Virus record (IMG/VR): IMGVR_UViG_3300025168_000003
Strand: one strand, 5' to 3'
Length of the DNA: 64,000 bases
Source: an uncultured virus (IMG/VR IMGVR_UViG_3300025168_000003)
Taxonomy: Duplodnaviria; Heunggongvirae; Uroviricota; Caudoviricetes; Crassvirales
Shown here: positions 40,379 through 49,751 of the stretch, piece by piece
Numbering within the stretch: position 1 is the stretch's first letter
How the letters are laid out: every line of letters begins with the position of its first letter
Notes under the pieces: generated by a model
The model's input: the letters and a program-made list of their open reading frames with translations, nothing else
Database searches by the model: none
What the model was told of the DNA's origin: nothing
Program-made: the position numbers and the translations under genes

Positions 40379-41965
40379 TTTTTCTTGCAGCTCTTGTATT
40401 GCTTTTACTAAAACAGGCACTATTTTACTATAGTCTGCTTGCTGATAATGTTTTTCACCTTTATCATCTATAGCATCTTTTTCTCCATTAACAGCGTTAG
40501 GTATAATTTCTGCAAGCTCATGAGCAAGACACCCGTAATCTCTAGTGTCTATATACTTCCATTTAAAGTCGTATACAGGTATTTGTTCAATTAAACTTAA
40601 AGCATCAAAGCTTTTTTTGTCTGTTTTAAGTCTATAATCAGAAGTTGTGTTATATGTGGTTCCTGAGTTAGTTGTTAATATAGAACCTCTTATACTGCTA
40701 GTTGAGGAGTATCTTTGAAACACCATCATGTATCTACCGTTCGTGGCATTAAAAGCATTTTGTACTCTTATAACAGGATTTCCTAGATTTAATGTAGGCT
40801 CAAAGTCTACATCTTGTACATTTAAAAATGGTCTCACTGTTCCAGCGCTACCAGAGTCTCCATACAAATCTATCCAACCAACTTGAGTATTTACGTTACC
40901 ACCTATTTTTATTCCAGTTACACCAGAAGAAGGATAACCTGATGCTCTCATAAAAGTACTTTGAGCTACTTTAAAATCAAATGTTTCAGTTGACAAAGCG
41001 TTAGTGGACGTGTATTGTATAGCCCCTGTGTATTTATTATAGCCATTTGCCATATCTTTATCACGGCCAAACCTAATCTGAGATATAACATTAGTAGCTT
41101 GAGTACTACTAGTCACAATATCTAAACTTTGACCAAGCGCACTACCATTAGTAGATGTCAATGTGTTTTTAAAAACAACGCTACCATCTGTACTGCTATT
41201 TGGATCTCCACCAAATTTATCTGCTACATATAAAGATGATGTCCCAACGCTTGATTGACTATCACCTATTGTTAAACTAACTCTAGACGCTGAGTTTGCT
41301 TGGTACATTTCTATTCTATCTGTACCAAGTAAGCCAAAGTTTATAAAGTGTTGTTTAGCTGACGACGTTCTAGTACCTTTTATATAAACATCAGGTACTA
41401 TACCACCTAAAGCTCCCCAGGATAATAACTTGCTATTACCTATATCTAAATCATTTGTTACCTCTACATCACCATTAAAAGTAATATCTACAATTTTATC
41501 GCTATCAGTATACCATTCTAAACCTCCACCTACTCCAGATATATAATTAGACGTACCAGTGTTAAAATACATATTACTTCCACAAAGTATATTACCATTT
41601 ACATGTAATTTTTGTTGAGGAGTTGTCGTTCCTATGCCGCAATTATCTCCATTGCTACCATTTAATATAATATCACCATCTCTTTGTAATTGTATTTCAG
41701 CACCACCGGTTTGAGCTCTTGATATATAAAAAGGAGCGCTACCAGCTGTACCTTGAAAATGCATGTTTACATTGTCTTGGTTACCAGTACCCACAGCGCT
41801 AAACCTTAACCCAGAAGTATTATTACTAGAATCTTCTATTTCTATTTGAGCTCCTGGGGTTGTAGTTCCTACACCAATACGTCCAGTACTTTTATCTATA
41901 AAGAACTGGTCTGTATTAGCTGTAAAATCCCCTGTTAGTTGTGTGGAATTTAAAAGTTTTGGCAT
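40355..41965 (-). CDS. Tail fibre/spike with C-terminal intramolecular chaperone (peptidase S74-like)
   Basis: IGVGTTTP repeats; TSDYRLK, GCLAHELAEIIPNAV, DYSKIVPVLVKAIQEL. Confidence 0.88.
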   Translation of the reverse strand: MPKLLNSTQLTGDFTANTDQFFIDKSTGRIGVGTTTPGAQIEIEDSSNNTSGLRFSAVGTGNQDNVNMHFQGTAGSAPFYISRAQTGGAEIQLQRDGDIILNGSNGDNCGIGTTTPQQKLHVNGNILCGSNMYFNTGTSNYISGVGGGLEWYTDSDKIVDITFNGDVEVTNDLDIGNSKLLSWGALGGIVPDVYIKGTRTSSAKQHFINFGLLGTDRIEMYQANSASRVSLTIGDSQSSVGTSSLYVADKFGGDPNSSTDGSVVFKNTLTSTNGSALGQSLDIVTSSTQATNVISQIRFGRDKDMANGYNKYTGAIQYTSTNALSTETFDFKVAQSTFMRASGYPSSGVTGIKIGGNVNTQVGWIDLYGDSGSAGTVRPFLNVQDVDFEPTLNLGNPVIRVQNAFNATNGRYMMVFQRYSSTSSIRGSILTTNSGTTYNTTSDYRLKTDKKSFDALSLIEQIPVYDFKWKYIDTRDYGCLAHELAEIIPNAVNGEKDAIDDKGEKHYQQADYSKIVPVLVKAIQELQEKVKTLENK

Positions 41966-41969
41966 TATA

Positions 41970-43994
41970 TTATATTGATATTAAAACAGCTTCATAAGAA
42001 CCGTTTGTTACTGAACCATTAAATGATATTGTTAATAATTTAGTTGATCTTGTTATTTGAGCATAAACAGTTTCACCTGTAGAACTAATTACTTCACATT
42101 GCACATCTTTTGCGTCTGCTTTATTCAAATCTAAAGCAGTGTCAATAGTCCAAGATGTTTCACCACCAACTAATCCGTTTGCTGTTACAGCTCCTGAACT
42201 TGCACCTAGAGTATATCTTTTTCCATTTGATGCTGTTGAACCTGGATCATTATTAGTTACTGTAAATACACCGTTAGATACTGAAACACCTATACCTGTT
42301 CCTGCTGCAACTCTTGCGGCACCTACAGCTGATGTTGTTGCATTATCTATTGCTATATCTACACTACCGCTTGCTCCGCCACCCGTTATAGGTGCTGTAG
42401 TTGTTACTTCTGTTATGTCACCTTGCGGTATTGCTGGGAAAGATTGTAAGTCACCAGAACCGTCAACATACTCAGAAGAATCACCCTGCCATTCAAGATC
42501 GATAGTTCCGCTACTTGTTACAGGACTATTAACTACGTTTATCGCATTGTTATTGTCTATGCTTAATCCTATACTTGTTACAAATGGTAGATCAACTAAA
42601 GCATAACTAACTGTTTCTCCTGAGCTTGACGAATCTAAGCCAACTAAAACATAATCATCTGCGTCAGGAGAACCTGAACCTGATGGTGCTGCTGCTACTA
42701 ATCCAGTGCTTGCCGTGTAATCCACACCGACAGTTGCTGTACCGTTAGAGTATGTAACTGTTGTGGCAGTACCAACGTTTACATTACCCTCACCAATTGT
42801 TGTTAGTGTAGCTTCTGTAACGTTTTTGTTAACCTCAGTCCAGTTTGCTTCAGCAGTTGGATTATCTTGTAAAGCTATAATTAAATCACCTATAGCTAAT
42901 GGCGTAGACCAATATGTTCCACCCGAGCCGCTACCAGCCACTGTTACAACATACGTGTAACCTTGTAATACTGCTGCGCCTGTTGGTGGATCCGTGCTTG
43001 CGTCATAACCTCCAGCATAAACTAATTGTCCGCTTGTTAAACTATCTACATAACCTTTAGTTGCTAATGTAGTTGCGCTATCAGAGCCCGCTGTTGCAGT
43101 TGATGTTCCTTTATTTGTTATAGTTAAAGAATCTACTACTGCATTTTTTGTTACAGTTAAGTCACGGCTAATTGTAACATCTTGAGGTAATCCTATTGTA
43201 ATTGTTCCGCTAGGATTATTAAATACATCAACCTCATTATTTGTTCCGCTAAAAGTAGCTGTATCTTGTGAAGATATATTTGTGGTAGTAGTACCGTCAG
43301 ATAAAGTCCAGTAGTTATAATTATCGGAAGGAGGAATACTAACTTTACCACCGTCAGCTGTTACATACTCACTCGATAAACCTTTCCATTCAAGATCTAA
43401 TGTGCCAGAACCTGTTATAGGTGTACTTCCAGAGTCAACGGCTAAAGCTGTTGAATTATCTATACTAAGACCAACACTTTTTACTGTACCTTCAAAATAC
43501 TCTGATAAAGTACCATCTCCTAAAACAACCTCTGATGAATCACCTTGCCATTCTAAATCTATAGTTCCAGAACTTGTTATTGGATTATCTCCGGCGACAT
43601 CTAAAGCTGTAGTGTTGTCTATAGCTAATTCTACACTTGTGACTGTACCAAGATTACTTGTTTTACTATTAAATGTACTCCAATCTGTAGAGCTCAAGAA
43701 ACCGTTTACAGTTGATGATGATTGACTAATACCTATTAGTACGTCTGTTGTCCCGCTTAATGTTATTGGATTAGTACCCGCAGCTTTACCTATGGTTTCA
43801 ACACCACCACCTACAGCAACCCAAGTGGCATTTGTAGTGCTAGCGACTGTACATACTTTTAACGCATTTTCTGATGTATTAAAATAAATCTGCCCTAAAA
43901 CTCCACTCGCTGGATCTGTTCCTAAGTTTTGTATAGCAGCACCTAATATTTCATTATCGTTGAAATCTACGCTTGTTAAAAAATTTATTGCCAT
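41970..43994 (-). CDS. Tail fibre-like protein with three internal repeats (674 aa)
   Basis: VxSV/IxLxIDN...PI/VTxSGTI/LDLEWxGxSSE repeated three times; Gly/Thr/Ser-rich. Confidence 0.75.
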   Translation of the reverse strand: MAINFLTSVDFNDNEILGAAIQNLGTDPASGVLGQIYFNTSENALKVCTVASTTNATWVAVGGGVETIGKAAGTNPITLSGTTDVLIGISQSSSTVNGFLSSTDWSTFNSKTSNLGTVTSVELAIDNTTALDVAGDNPITSSGTIDLEWQGDSSEVVLGDGTLSEYFEGTVKSVGLSIDNSTALAVDSGSTPITGSGTLDLEWKGLSSEYVTADGGKVSIPPSDNYNYWTLSDGTTTTNISSQDTATFSGTNNEVDVFNNPSGTITIGLPQDVTISRDLTVTKNAVVDSLTITNKGTSTATAGSDSATTLATKGYVDSLTSGQLVYAGGYDASTDPPTGAAVLQGYTYVVTVAGSGSGGTYWSTPLAIGDLIIALQDNPTAEANWTEVNKNVTEATLTTIGEGNVNVGTATTVTYSNGTATVGVDYTASTGLVAAAPSGSGSPDADDYVLVGLDSSSSGETVSYALVDLPFVTSIGLSIDNNNAINVVNSPVTSSGTIDLEWQGDSSEYVDGSGDLQSFPAIPQGDITEVTTTAPITGGGASGSVDIAIDNATTSAVGAARVAAGTGIGVSVSNGVFTVTNNDPGSTASNGKRYTLGASSGAVTANGLVGGETSWTIDTALDLNKADAKDVQCEVISSTGETVYAQITRSTKLLTISFNGSVTNGSYEAVLISI

Positions 43995-43999
43995 GTTTG

Positions 44000-44680
44000 T
44001 TAGTTTAAATATGCTTTTCCTGAAAATTGAGCAGAAAAAGAAAGTGTTACTGTATTTTGATTGTTATATGTTATTGAGCCTTCTACGGTGGTATTACCAC
44101 TATCAACTACTGTTACTGAAGGAAATTTATTTAAATTATGATTTACAACCCAGTCTGTTGCTGGAACTGCTTGAGTAAATACAAATGTTTTATCTGCGTT
44201 TTGTATTTGGTCAAGCTCTATACCATAATATTGTTTAAATTGCAAGCCACCGTTTCCGCTTATGAAACTTAAATCCATTAAGTAGTTTCCAGATAAAGCT
44301 TCTAAAGTTAACGAGTTTAATGTAAAAACACCAAACTGTCCAAGGTTATTTCTATTTTGCATTAATATTTCTTCACCAACCATCGACTCCAAGTATGGTA
44401 AAGAGTCTGTTCCGTTAGCCATTAACGGCGTAATCATTAATTCTGTTATATTCGAGAATAAAGTATTATCACCACCAAAGTTAGGGAAATATATAGAGCT
44501 AGCCTCTGGTATACCTAAGTGTGATTGAGTTTGAAACTGCCAGCTAACATTAGAATCTTTAACAACGCTACCAATAGCATTGATTGAAAAGTTTTTAGTC
44601 TGGCCTGTTTGAACATCAGTACCGATTATAATGTCTGAACCATCAGGTGTGCCTACTTGGTACGATGAAATTTTTGCCAT
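44000..44680 (-). CDS. Tail-associated structural protein (226 aa)
   Basis: MAKISSY N-terminus; C-terminal WVVNHNLNKFPSVTVVD...FSGKAYLN. Confidence 0.65.
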   Translation of the reverse strand: MAKISSYQVGTPDGSDIIIGTDVQTGQTKNFSINAIGSVVKDSNVSWQFQTQSHLGIPEASSIYFPNFGGDNTLFSNITELMITPLMANGTDSLPYLESMVGEEILMQNRNNLGQFGVFTLNSLTLEALSGNYLMDLSFISGNGGLQFKQYYGIELDQIQNADKTFVFTQAVPATDWVVNHNLNKFPSVTVVDSGNTTVEGSITYNNQNTVTLSFSAQFSGKAYLN

Positions 44681-44681
44681 A

Positions 44682-46160
44682 TTACACTGCCGTTGTTATT
44701 AAAGTACCCGTGTCGTCTACGGTTATTTTGTATTTTGTTCCGTTTGGTGAAGAAAGTATAACGCTTGTTTGTGTTTCCATACCATTACGCTTAAGCTTAA
44801 CTACACCTTGATCTACATATAGTCCATCTTGAGGTATATAACTATAACTGTTAAAACCAGGTCCAGGTATATTTCCTTGTTCAAATTCTTCTATTCCAGC
44901 TAATGCTATGTAATTAAAAGGAAATGCTCCACCAAATGCGTTTGCTTTTTTACCTTGCTCAAAAGCAGGTGTGCCATCTGTTGGTGACTGTGTAAATAAA
45001 CATATACGATCTCCTTTTTGTTCTGGTGCAGTACCTACTATATCTGATCGGTACACAATTCCATTTTTAACATTATTACCAGTTCCGATTGCATCAGAGA
45101 AGTACGTATAAGCATAATCTACTCCTGTTTGTTTTACTATACCTAGTAGTTTACCATCTGTCTGGTCTCCAGGGCCAACAACAAGAGCTGCGTTAGGATT
45201 TAAAGTGTTAATACCTACTCTATCAAAATTAGAGGGTACAGAAATTTTAGGTTGTTGAGAACCTCCACTGTTATCTGCTTTTATTATAAACTGCTTGTCG
45301 TTTGTAAAATCAGGTTGAGCTGGTTCTATTTCTAAACCACCAAATATTTTCATTTTAGTAGACGAGTCACCTGTCTCACCTACTTCAATTGTAGGTAGAC
45401 TTTGATTAGGTTGTACTTTTATTATAGAATCTGTGAAAGAACTGCCGTCCCAATAGGGTAAGTTGTATTGACTTAAGCTTGTAGTTCCAGCTACAATATC
45501 ATCTATGATACCTCCTTTACCTACAGTTATACTAGAAGGATTTACAAACGTTCCTAACTTACCAACCATTGCGTCAGGTGTAACCAAGTCAAACGTAACC
45601 CTTACCTCACCTCCGTCTACACCAGTAACTAGCGTATCAATTCTAAGAGGATCTGCTGTTGTTCCGCCACCACCTTTAAGTTCTAGATAACCGCCAGCTA
45701 CACCAGTTAGGTTTATCGGTGCCATAGCGAGTTGTTTAGCAGTGCCTAGGTTAGCGTACACGAGCGTACCTACCGCAACTGTCTGGAATTGTAAACGACC
45801 ACTTTGATCTTGAGCAACTAGTAAATCTCCTGCGAAGGCTACATTAGGATTTGCTCCGGGGTTTGGTAAAGCGTCTAAATCGAATTTTACGGTTTGACCT
45901 CCGTCTGGATCAATTGCTGCATTTATTAATAAGCCTCCTTCGAAATTAAGTGTCTCTGTAGGTAAGCTTACGCTGCCCGCAGTTCCGGTAGTAGAAGAAA
46001 TGTTTAATACACTAGCTGGTTGCTGCGATTGAAAGTATGCAGTAAGCTTGCTCAAAGTTACTGATTTAGTAGGGAATTGAGAATCTGAAACATCGGTTAT
46101 TGGCATGAGATCTCCAGCCGCTATAGTTCCTATTTCAGGGTAAGAATAAATTATTGCCAT
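44682..46160 (-). CDS. Tail fibre-like protein (492 aa)
   Basis: MAIIYSYP N-terminus; VGINTLNP; C-terminal ILSSPNGTKYKITVDDTGTL. Confidence 0.7.
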   Translation of the reverse strand: MAIIYSYPEIGTIAAGDLMPITDVSDSQFPTKSVTLSKLTAYFQSQQPASVLNISSTTGTAGSVSLPTETLNFEGGLLINAAIDPDGGQTVKFDLDALPNPGANPNVAFAGDLLVAQDQSGRLQFQTVAVGTLVYANLGTAKQLAMAPINLTGVAGGYLELKGGGGTTADPLRIDTLVTGVDGGEVRVTFDLVTPDAMVGKLGTFVNPSSITVGKGGIIDDIVAGTTSLSQYNLPYWDGSSFTDSIIKVQPNQSLPTIEVGETGDSSTKMKIFGGLEIEPAQPDFTNDKQFIIKADNSGGSQQPKISVPSNFDRVGINTLNPNAALVVGPGDQTDGKLLGIVKQTGVDYAYTYFSDAIGTGNNVKNGIVYRSDIVGTAPEQKGDRICLFTQSPTDGTPAFEQGKKANAFGGAFPFNYIALAGIEEFEQGNIPGPGFNSYSYIPQDGLYVDQGVVKLKRNGMETQTSVILSSPNGTKYKITVDDTGTLITTAV

Positions 46161-46204
46161 GTTTGTTTTTTTTTAGTATGTTTTACATGCGCGTACCATA
46201 TACT

Positions 46205-46234
46205 ATATACTCACAGGTTTTAAGGTGGATTTAC
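46205..46234 (-). promoter_or_regulatory. Class B promoter motif (GTAAA-N12-CCTGTGAG-TATAT) heading the late arm
   Basis: Matches the copies at 55453 and 40349. Confidence 0.65.
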
Positions 46235-46254
46235 TCTTATTTTAAAAAGCTTAG

Positions 46255-46297
46255 TGACATTAGCCTCTTACTTATACTATTATATAGGCTATTGTCA
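46255..46297. promoter_or_regulatory. Inverted-repeat operator TGACA-nn-AGCC...GGCT-nn-TGTCA
   Basis: Similar element at 54046-54089. Confidence 0.6.
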
Positions 46298-46469
46298 TAA
46301 ATAGTTACGTATATAGAGGAGTAGTGTTGCAACCTCTCTTTTTGCTTGTAACCTTTTTAGAAAAACGGTTTTACTTTACCGGGTTTCCCCCATTTTCCCA
46401 CGTTTCGCCGTCATATATGCGTAAAAACGGCGTAAAAGCCCCCACCTTTTAGACTTTTTCCCCGGATTC

Positions 46470-46531
46470 TGACATACTGTCATGACTTGTTGTCACATGA
46501 CACACTGACATATACATATGACACATTGACA
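46470..46531. repeat. Cluster of four 13-bp TGAC(A/T)-N3-TG(T/A)CA units (iteron-like)
   Basis: Units at 46470, 46483, 46498 and 46519. Confidence 0.75.
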
Positions 46532-46550
46532 TACACTATATTACTATACA

Positions 46551-46582
46551 TTACAAACAGATTGATGATTCAATTGGATAAT
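46551..46582 (+). promoter_or_regulatory. Class A (early) promoter 1: TTACAAACA-N16-GGATAAT
   Basis: One of seven copies with an identical 16-nt spacer. Confidence 0.8.
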
Positions 46583-46664
46583 ATAAATGTAAATAAGTTA
46601 TACACAATGAGACATTGCGGAATACATACTAACAATTATAAACAAGTAAACAAAACTACACTCA

Positions 46665-46696
46665 TTACAAACAAACTAAATTATCAAATGGATAAT
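46665..46696 (+). promoter_or_regulatory. Class A promoter 2
   Basis: TTACAAACA-N16-GGATAAT upstream of the ORF at 46745. Confidence 0.8.
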
Positions 46697-46744
46697 AATA
46701 ATGTAACTAAATAATAATAATAATAACAATTAAATCTAAATTCT

Positions 46745-46969
46745 ATGCAATTAAATTCTAAAAGATTTGTCATCAGACAATCACTAATCGGTAAAAACAC
46801 TGTCATCAATGTTGAATTCAAAAATGGTAAAACATTTACTTACAATCATGATAAAGTGTATGAAATAATGAAAGATAAATTAACTTCTATGAATTGTTTC
46901 ATCAAGTACAAGTCTTACACTTCTTCAACTAGTGTACCAGTAGTACTAAGAGATAAAGAGGTAGTGTAA
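46745..46969 (+). CDS. Early hypothetical protein (74 aa)
   Basis: Downstream of two class A promoters; followed by a hairpin at 46955-46982. Confidence 0.75.
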   Translation: MQLNSKRFVIRQSLIGKNTVINVEFKNGKTFTYNHDKVYEIMKDKLTSMNCFIKYKSYTSSTSVPVVLRDKEVV

Positions 46970-47064
46970 CTACTACTTCTTTACCAAACGGTGACTATCC
47001 GAACCGAGTCGGCAACAGGCTAAACTGGATATTATACAGGCGCGTTTCGCTTATATTAATCACC

Positions 47065-47132
47065 TGTCTAAATAATGTTGAATGAGCAATGTCATTATGG
47101 TACACGAGTGTGTTCGATTCACACTATGACAA
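47065..47132 (+). ncRNA. tRNA-like fragment: T-arm plus acceptor-like stem, no anticodon arm
   Basis: GTGTG-TTCGATT-CACAC at 47108-47124; ATGACA can pair with TGTCAT at 47090. Confidence 0.45.
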
Positions 47133-47153
47133 CTAACAAATTAAATTATAACT

Positions 47154-47363
47154 ATGTCAAAATTCAAATTCAGAGGATTTATTCCTGCGGTAACTAAATA
47201 TGTAAAATCAAAACCACTAGCAGAAGTGGTAGCGGAAGTAATAGCTTTCGGTTTACTAATGCCATTAGCGTTTGGCGGAATTACCTTCTTCATCTTTATG
47301 ATGATAACAGGTCAAGTGGATTATTCAGCGATGGATTCTATTAACTGTCAAATCTGCTACTAA
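47154..47363 (+). CDS. Early single-pass membrane protein (69 aa)
   Basis: Long hydrophobic stretch; AACTATG start context. Confidence 0.7.
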   Translation: MSKFKFRGFIPAVTKYVKSKPLAEVVAEVIAFGLLMPLAFGGITFFIFMMITGQVDYSAMDSINCQICY

Positions 47364-47468
47364 TGAAAAGTTACTACAGTAAATTACAACAGAGATTTAT
47401 AGCTCGTGAAGAATACTTTGACGAGCTACTCTTTGGAACTCTTAATGATGAGAATTATGACAAGCCAA

Positions 47469-47500
47469 TCACAAACAAAACTAAATCCACTATGGATAAT
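47469..47500 (+). promoter_or_regulatory. Class A promoter 3
   Basis: TCACAAACA-N16-GGATAAT. Confidence 0.78.
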
Positions 47501-47510
47501 AATATAAACT

Positions 47511-47642
47511 ATGAAACGAATTAAATACATATCAATACTATCACTCTGGTTACAAAGTAATCACGAAATACTATCAGTTCTTCCTCAAGAAATACTCGAT
47601 GAAGTATATGTATACCAACGCTTTCAAACTAAACTAATATAA
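47511..47642 (+). CDS. Early micro-protein (43 aa)
   Basis: Hand-translated; AACTATG start just after promoter 3. Confidence 0.55.
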   Translation: MKRIKYISILSLWLQSNHEILSVLPQEILDEVYVYQRFQTKLI

Positions 47643-47646
47643 TACT

Positions 47647-47766
47647 ATGGCACATCAAAATACTTACTTGCTAAAAATCTCTTTCAGAGTATACAAAAAA
47701 CATTTTAACTTACTAACTTCAGAAGAAAAAAGTAATGTATGGGATATATACTATGATTTCTATTAA
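47647..47766 (+). CDS. Early micro-protein (39 aa)
   Basis: Hand-translated; ATACTATG start, tightly packed. Confidence 0.55.
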   Translation: MAHQNTYLLKISFRVYKKHFNLLTSEEKSNVWDIYYDFY

Positions 47767-47777
47767 AATAATTAACT

Positions 47778-47912
47778 ATGCAATTTATACTAACATGCCC
47801 TAATGGCAAAGAAATCGATATGACTCACTACGTCGGTAAACAAATGGATGGTGAGTTAACTAGACAAGATGTTCTCAACAAAATAGACTTTTACAAATCA
47901 ATTAATAAATAA
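47778..47912 (+). CDS. Early micro-protein (44 aa)
   Basis: Hand-translated; AACTATG start. Confidence 0.55.
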   Translation: MQFILTCPNGKEIDMTHYVGKQMDGELTRQDVLNKIDFYKSINK

Positions 47913-47916
47913 TACT

Positions 47917-48159
47917 ATGCAATTTCAAGATACTAAATTCAAAGAATTAGACTCTCAAGGTTTAATCACTGACAAACTAAATCAAATTAAGAAGTTTGAA
48001 ACTAAATACAAACCTTGTACTTCAAGTATCGCTATGTATAAATGGTGTACTGACTATGAATACCGCAAGAGAGAGTGGCAATTCAGACAAGGAATGGCTA
48101 ATTATGCATCAGTAAAAGGTCACGAAGCTTTTCAAACTAGTGATAAATCTACATTTTAA
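47917..48159 (+). CDS. Early hypothetical protein (80 aa)
   Basis: ORF track; ATACTATG start. Confidence 0.7.
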   Translation: MQFQDTKFKELDSQGLITDKLNQIKKFETKYKPCTSSIAMYKWCTDYEYRKREWQFRQGMANYASVKGHEAFQTSDKSTF

Positions 48160-48191
48160 TTACAAACAAATTAATTATTCTTTCGGATAAT
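48160..48191 (+). promoter_or_regulatory. Class A promoter 4
   Basis: TTACAAACA-N16-GGATAAT. Confidence 0.8.
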
Positions 48192-48206
48192 ATAATAAAT
48201 TAAACT

Positions 48207-48398
48207 ATGCAAACAATAAAATTCTTACCAAACAATCAAATTAAATTAGCAAATAAAACCTATAAAGGTTACCATGTAGGCGAACTACCTGCAAGATTTG
48301 CTTTTATTTACAACGAAAACAAAGACCAAGAAGGTATTAACTCTTGGTTTAACTACAAAGGTTTAACCTATGTCGAAAAAACTATCTTACCATGGTAG
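48207..48398 (+). CDS. Early hypothetical protein (63 aa)
   Basis: ORF track; follows promoter 4. Confidence 0.7.
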   Translation: MQTIKFLPNNQIKLANKTYKGYHVGELPARFAFIYNENKDQEGINSWFNYKGLTYVEKTILPW

Positions 48399-48643
48399 TA
48401 ACTAATATGAAAGAACTGTGCCTCTATGCTAAAAAGGCGCAACAAGATCGTGCGAGAGTGCATAGGCTCAAGCACGCACATGACGGCAAGTGTAGTGGAC
48501 TCACTGATGCAGAGTACAAACGCGTACAAATTAACGGCAAGAAGTCCTATTCTGCCAAAGCACGAAAGTTCACTCACAACCGTATGTGGAAACATCAATC
48601 AAGATATTCAGTAAAACAATTAATAGAAATAGTAAAACAATGA
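48392..48643 (+). CDS. Early basic hypothetical protein (about 83 aa)
   Basis: ORF track; overlaps its neighbours. Confidence 0.6.
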   Translation: MVVTNMKELCLYAKKAQQDRARVHRLKHAHDGKCSGLTDAEYKRVQINGKKSYSAKARKFTHNRMWKHQSRYSVKQLIEIVKQ

Positions 48644-48903
48644 GCGATACAATAAAAAAGTGGCACGAGATGCAAGAAGAGTTTACAGAAGTAGTAGAAG
48701 TAAAAACTGCTAAATATATATTCTTACTAGATTTTACAGATGGTAAAGCTTATAGGTATGACATTAGCGTGTTATGTAACGAAGAAAACAAATGGAATCC
48801 AGACACAGAATCTTGTGAGTCGTTTTTATATGGCGCAGGACATCAGATAATAAACTGTGAATGGATGGTAACTAGCAAACAAGAATTAATATATGGAAAC
48901 TAA
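48640..48903 (+). CDS. Early hypothetical protein (87 aa)
   Basis: Start reassigned to the ATGA overlap at 48640. Confidence 0.65.
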   Translation: MSDTIKKWHEMQEEFTEVVEVKTAKYIFLLDFTDGKAYRYDISVLCNEENKWNPDTESCESFLYGAGHQIINCEWMVTSKQELIYGN

Positions 48904-49157
48904 AACAATTAACCCATGGAATTTAGCGTGGTCTAAATGGTGGGTACAAAAGAATTATAAGAAATGTGAAGTGGACGAAATGACACTGAGCGAAATATAT
49001 GAACTATTAGAACAAGATTAAATGAAAACACTTAAACTAACAGATAACGACTGCACTTTCGTACACTATGTACTACGCATGTACGCTCAGCAAACACCTG
49101 GGTTAGATCAAGAAGACAAAGATGAAATACGTGAAGTAGCAGCTAAATTTAAATAAT

Positions 49158-49346
49158 ATGGAAGAATATATAGATAACGAATTAAGTAAACTAGATCGTG
49201 GCATAGTAGCCACACCTACAGAAGAGTATCTTGACGGCTTTGCAAGAGCTAATGGCGGTAGTAATGACTTTTTACTAATGCAATTAGCTAAAAACTACGG
49301 CTATCAACTAGCTTTACTTAACATTAAAGATAAAATAAATGAGTAA
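49158..49346 (+). CDS. Early hypothetical protein (62 aa)
   Basis: ORF track. Confidence 0.65.
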   Translation: MEEYIDNELSKLDRGIVATPTEEYLDGFARANGGSNDFLLMQLAKNYGYQLALLNIKDKINE

Positions 49347-49515
49347 AATGAAAGAACTAGATTCTATTGCACAAGGTGTAGCGGATCATATGAAAGAAAT
49401 CATTGAAGACAGTGTTGATTGGCAGCTTGCTGAGGTACCACTTGACGGTGATGACTATCAAAGAATGAGAGAATATGTAATTAACGTAGCTTTAAATAAG
49501 CTATTAGGTAATTAA

Positions 49516-49547
49516 TTACAAACAAAACAAATTATCTACTGGATAAT
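49516..49547 (+). promoter_or_regulatory. Class A promoter 5
   Basis: TTACAAACA-N16-GGATAAT; would drive the Zn-finger gene and the RNA cluster. Confidence 0.8.
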
Positions 49548-49562
49548 ATAATAAACAAAATT

Positions 49563-49751
49563 ATGTATTGTAAATGCGGCACAGTAGTGCACCCTATCAG
49601 AGTAAATTACGGTTATAAAACGTGTGTTCCTTGTAGCACAGTTCAAGATTATAGTTATATACCTATAATAAACCACAAGACAGGTAATACAATACAAGTC
49701 GTTAGCCAAGAAGTAAGTGCATCAGTGCACAGAGCTTGGAGACGCAAATAG
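49563..49751 (+). CDS. Small Zn-finger protein (CKCG...CVPC), 62 aa
   Basis: Four-Cys motif with R...GY.TCVPC, resembling DksA/TraR-type fingers. Confidence 0.65.
   Translation: MYCKCGTVVHPIRVNYGYKTCVPCSTVQDYSYIPIINHKTGNTIQVVSQEVSASVHRAWRRK

Noticed and set aside
41970..43994. Tail-fibre repeats as a diversity-generating retroelement or invertible cassette
   Set aside because: No reverse transcriptase or invertase; the repeats are diverged in-frame protein repeats
1516..46160. Stop-codon reassignment as in some crAss-like phages
   Set aside because: Genes are full length and tightly packed under the standard code; TAG and TGA end real genes; no suppressor tRNA
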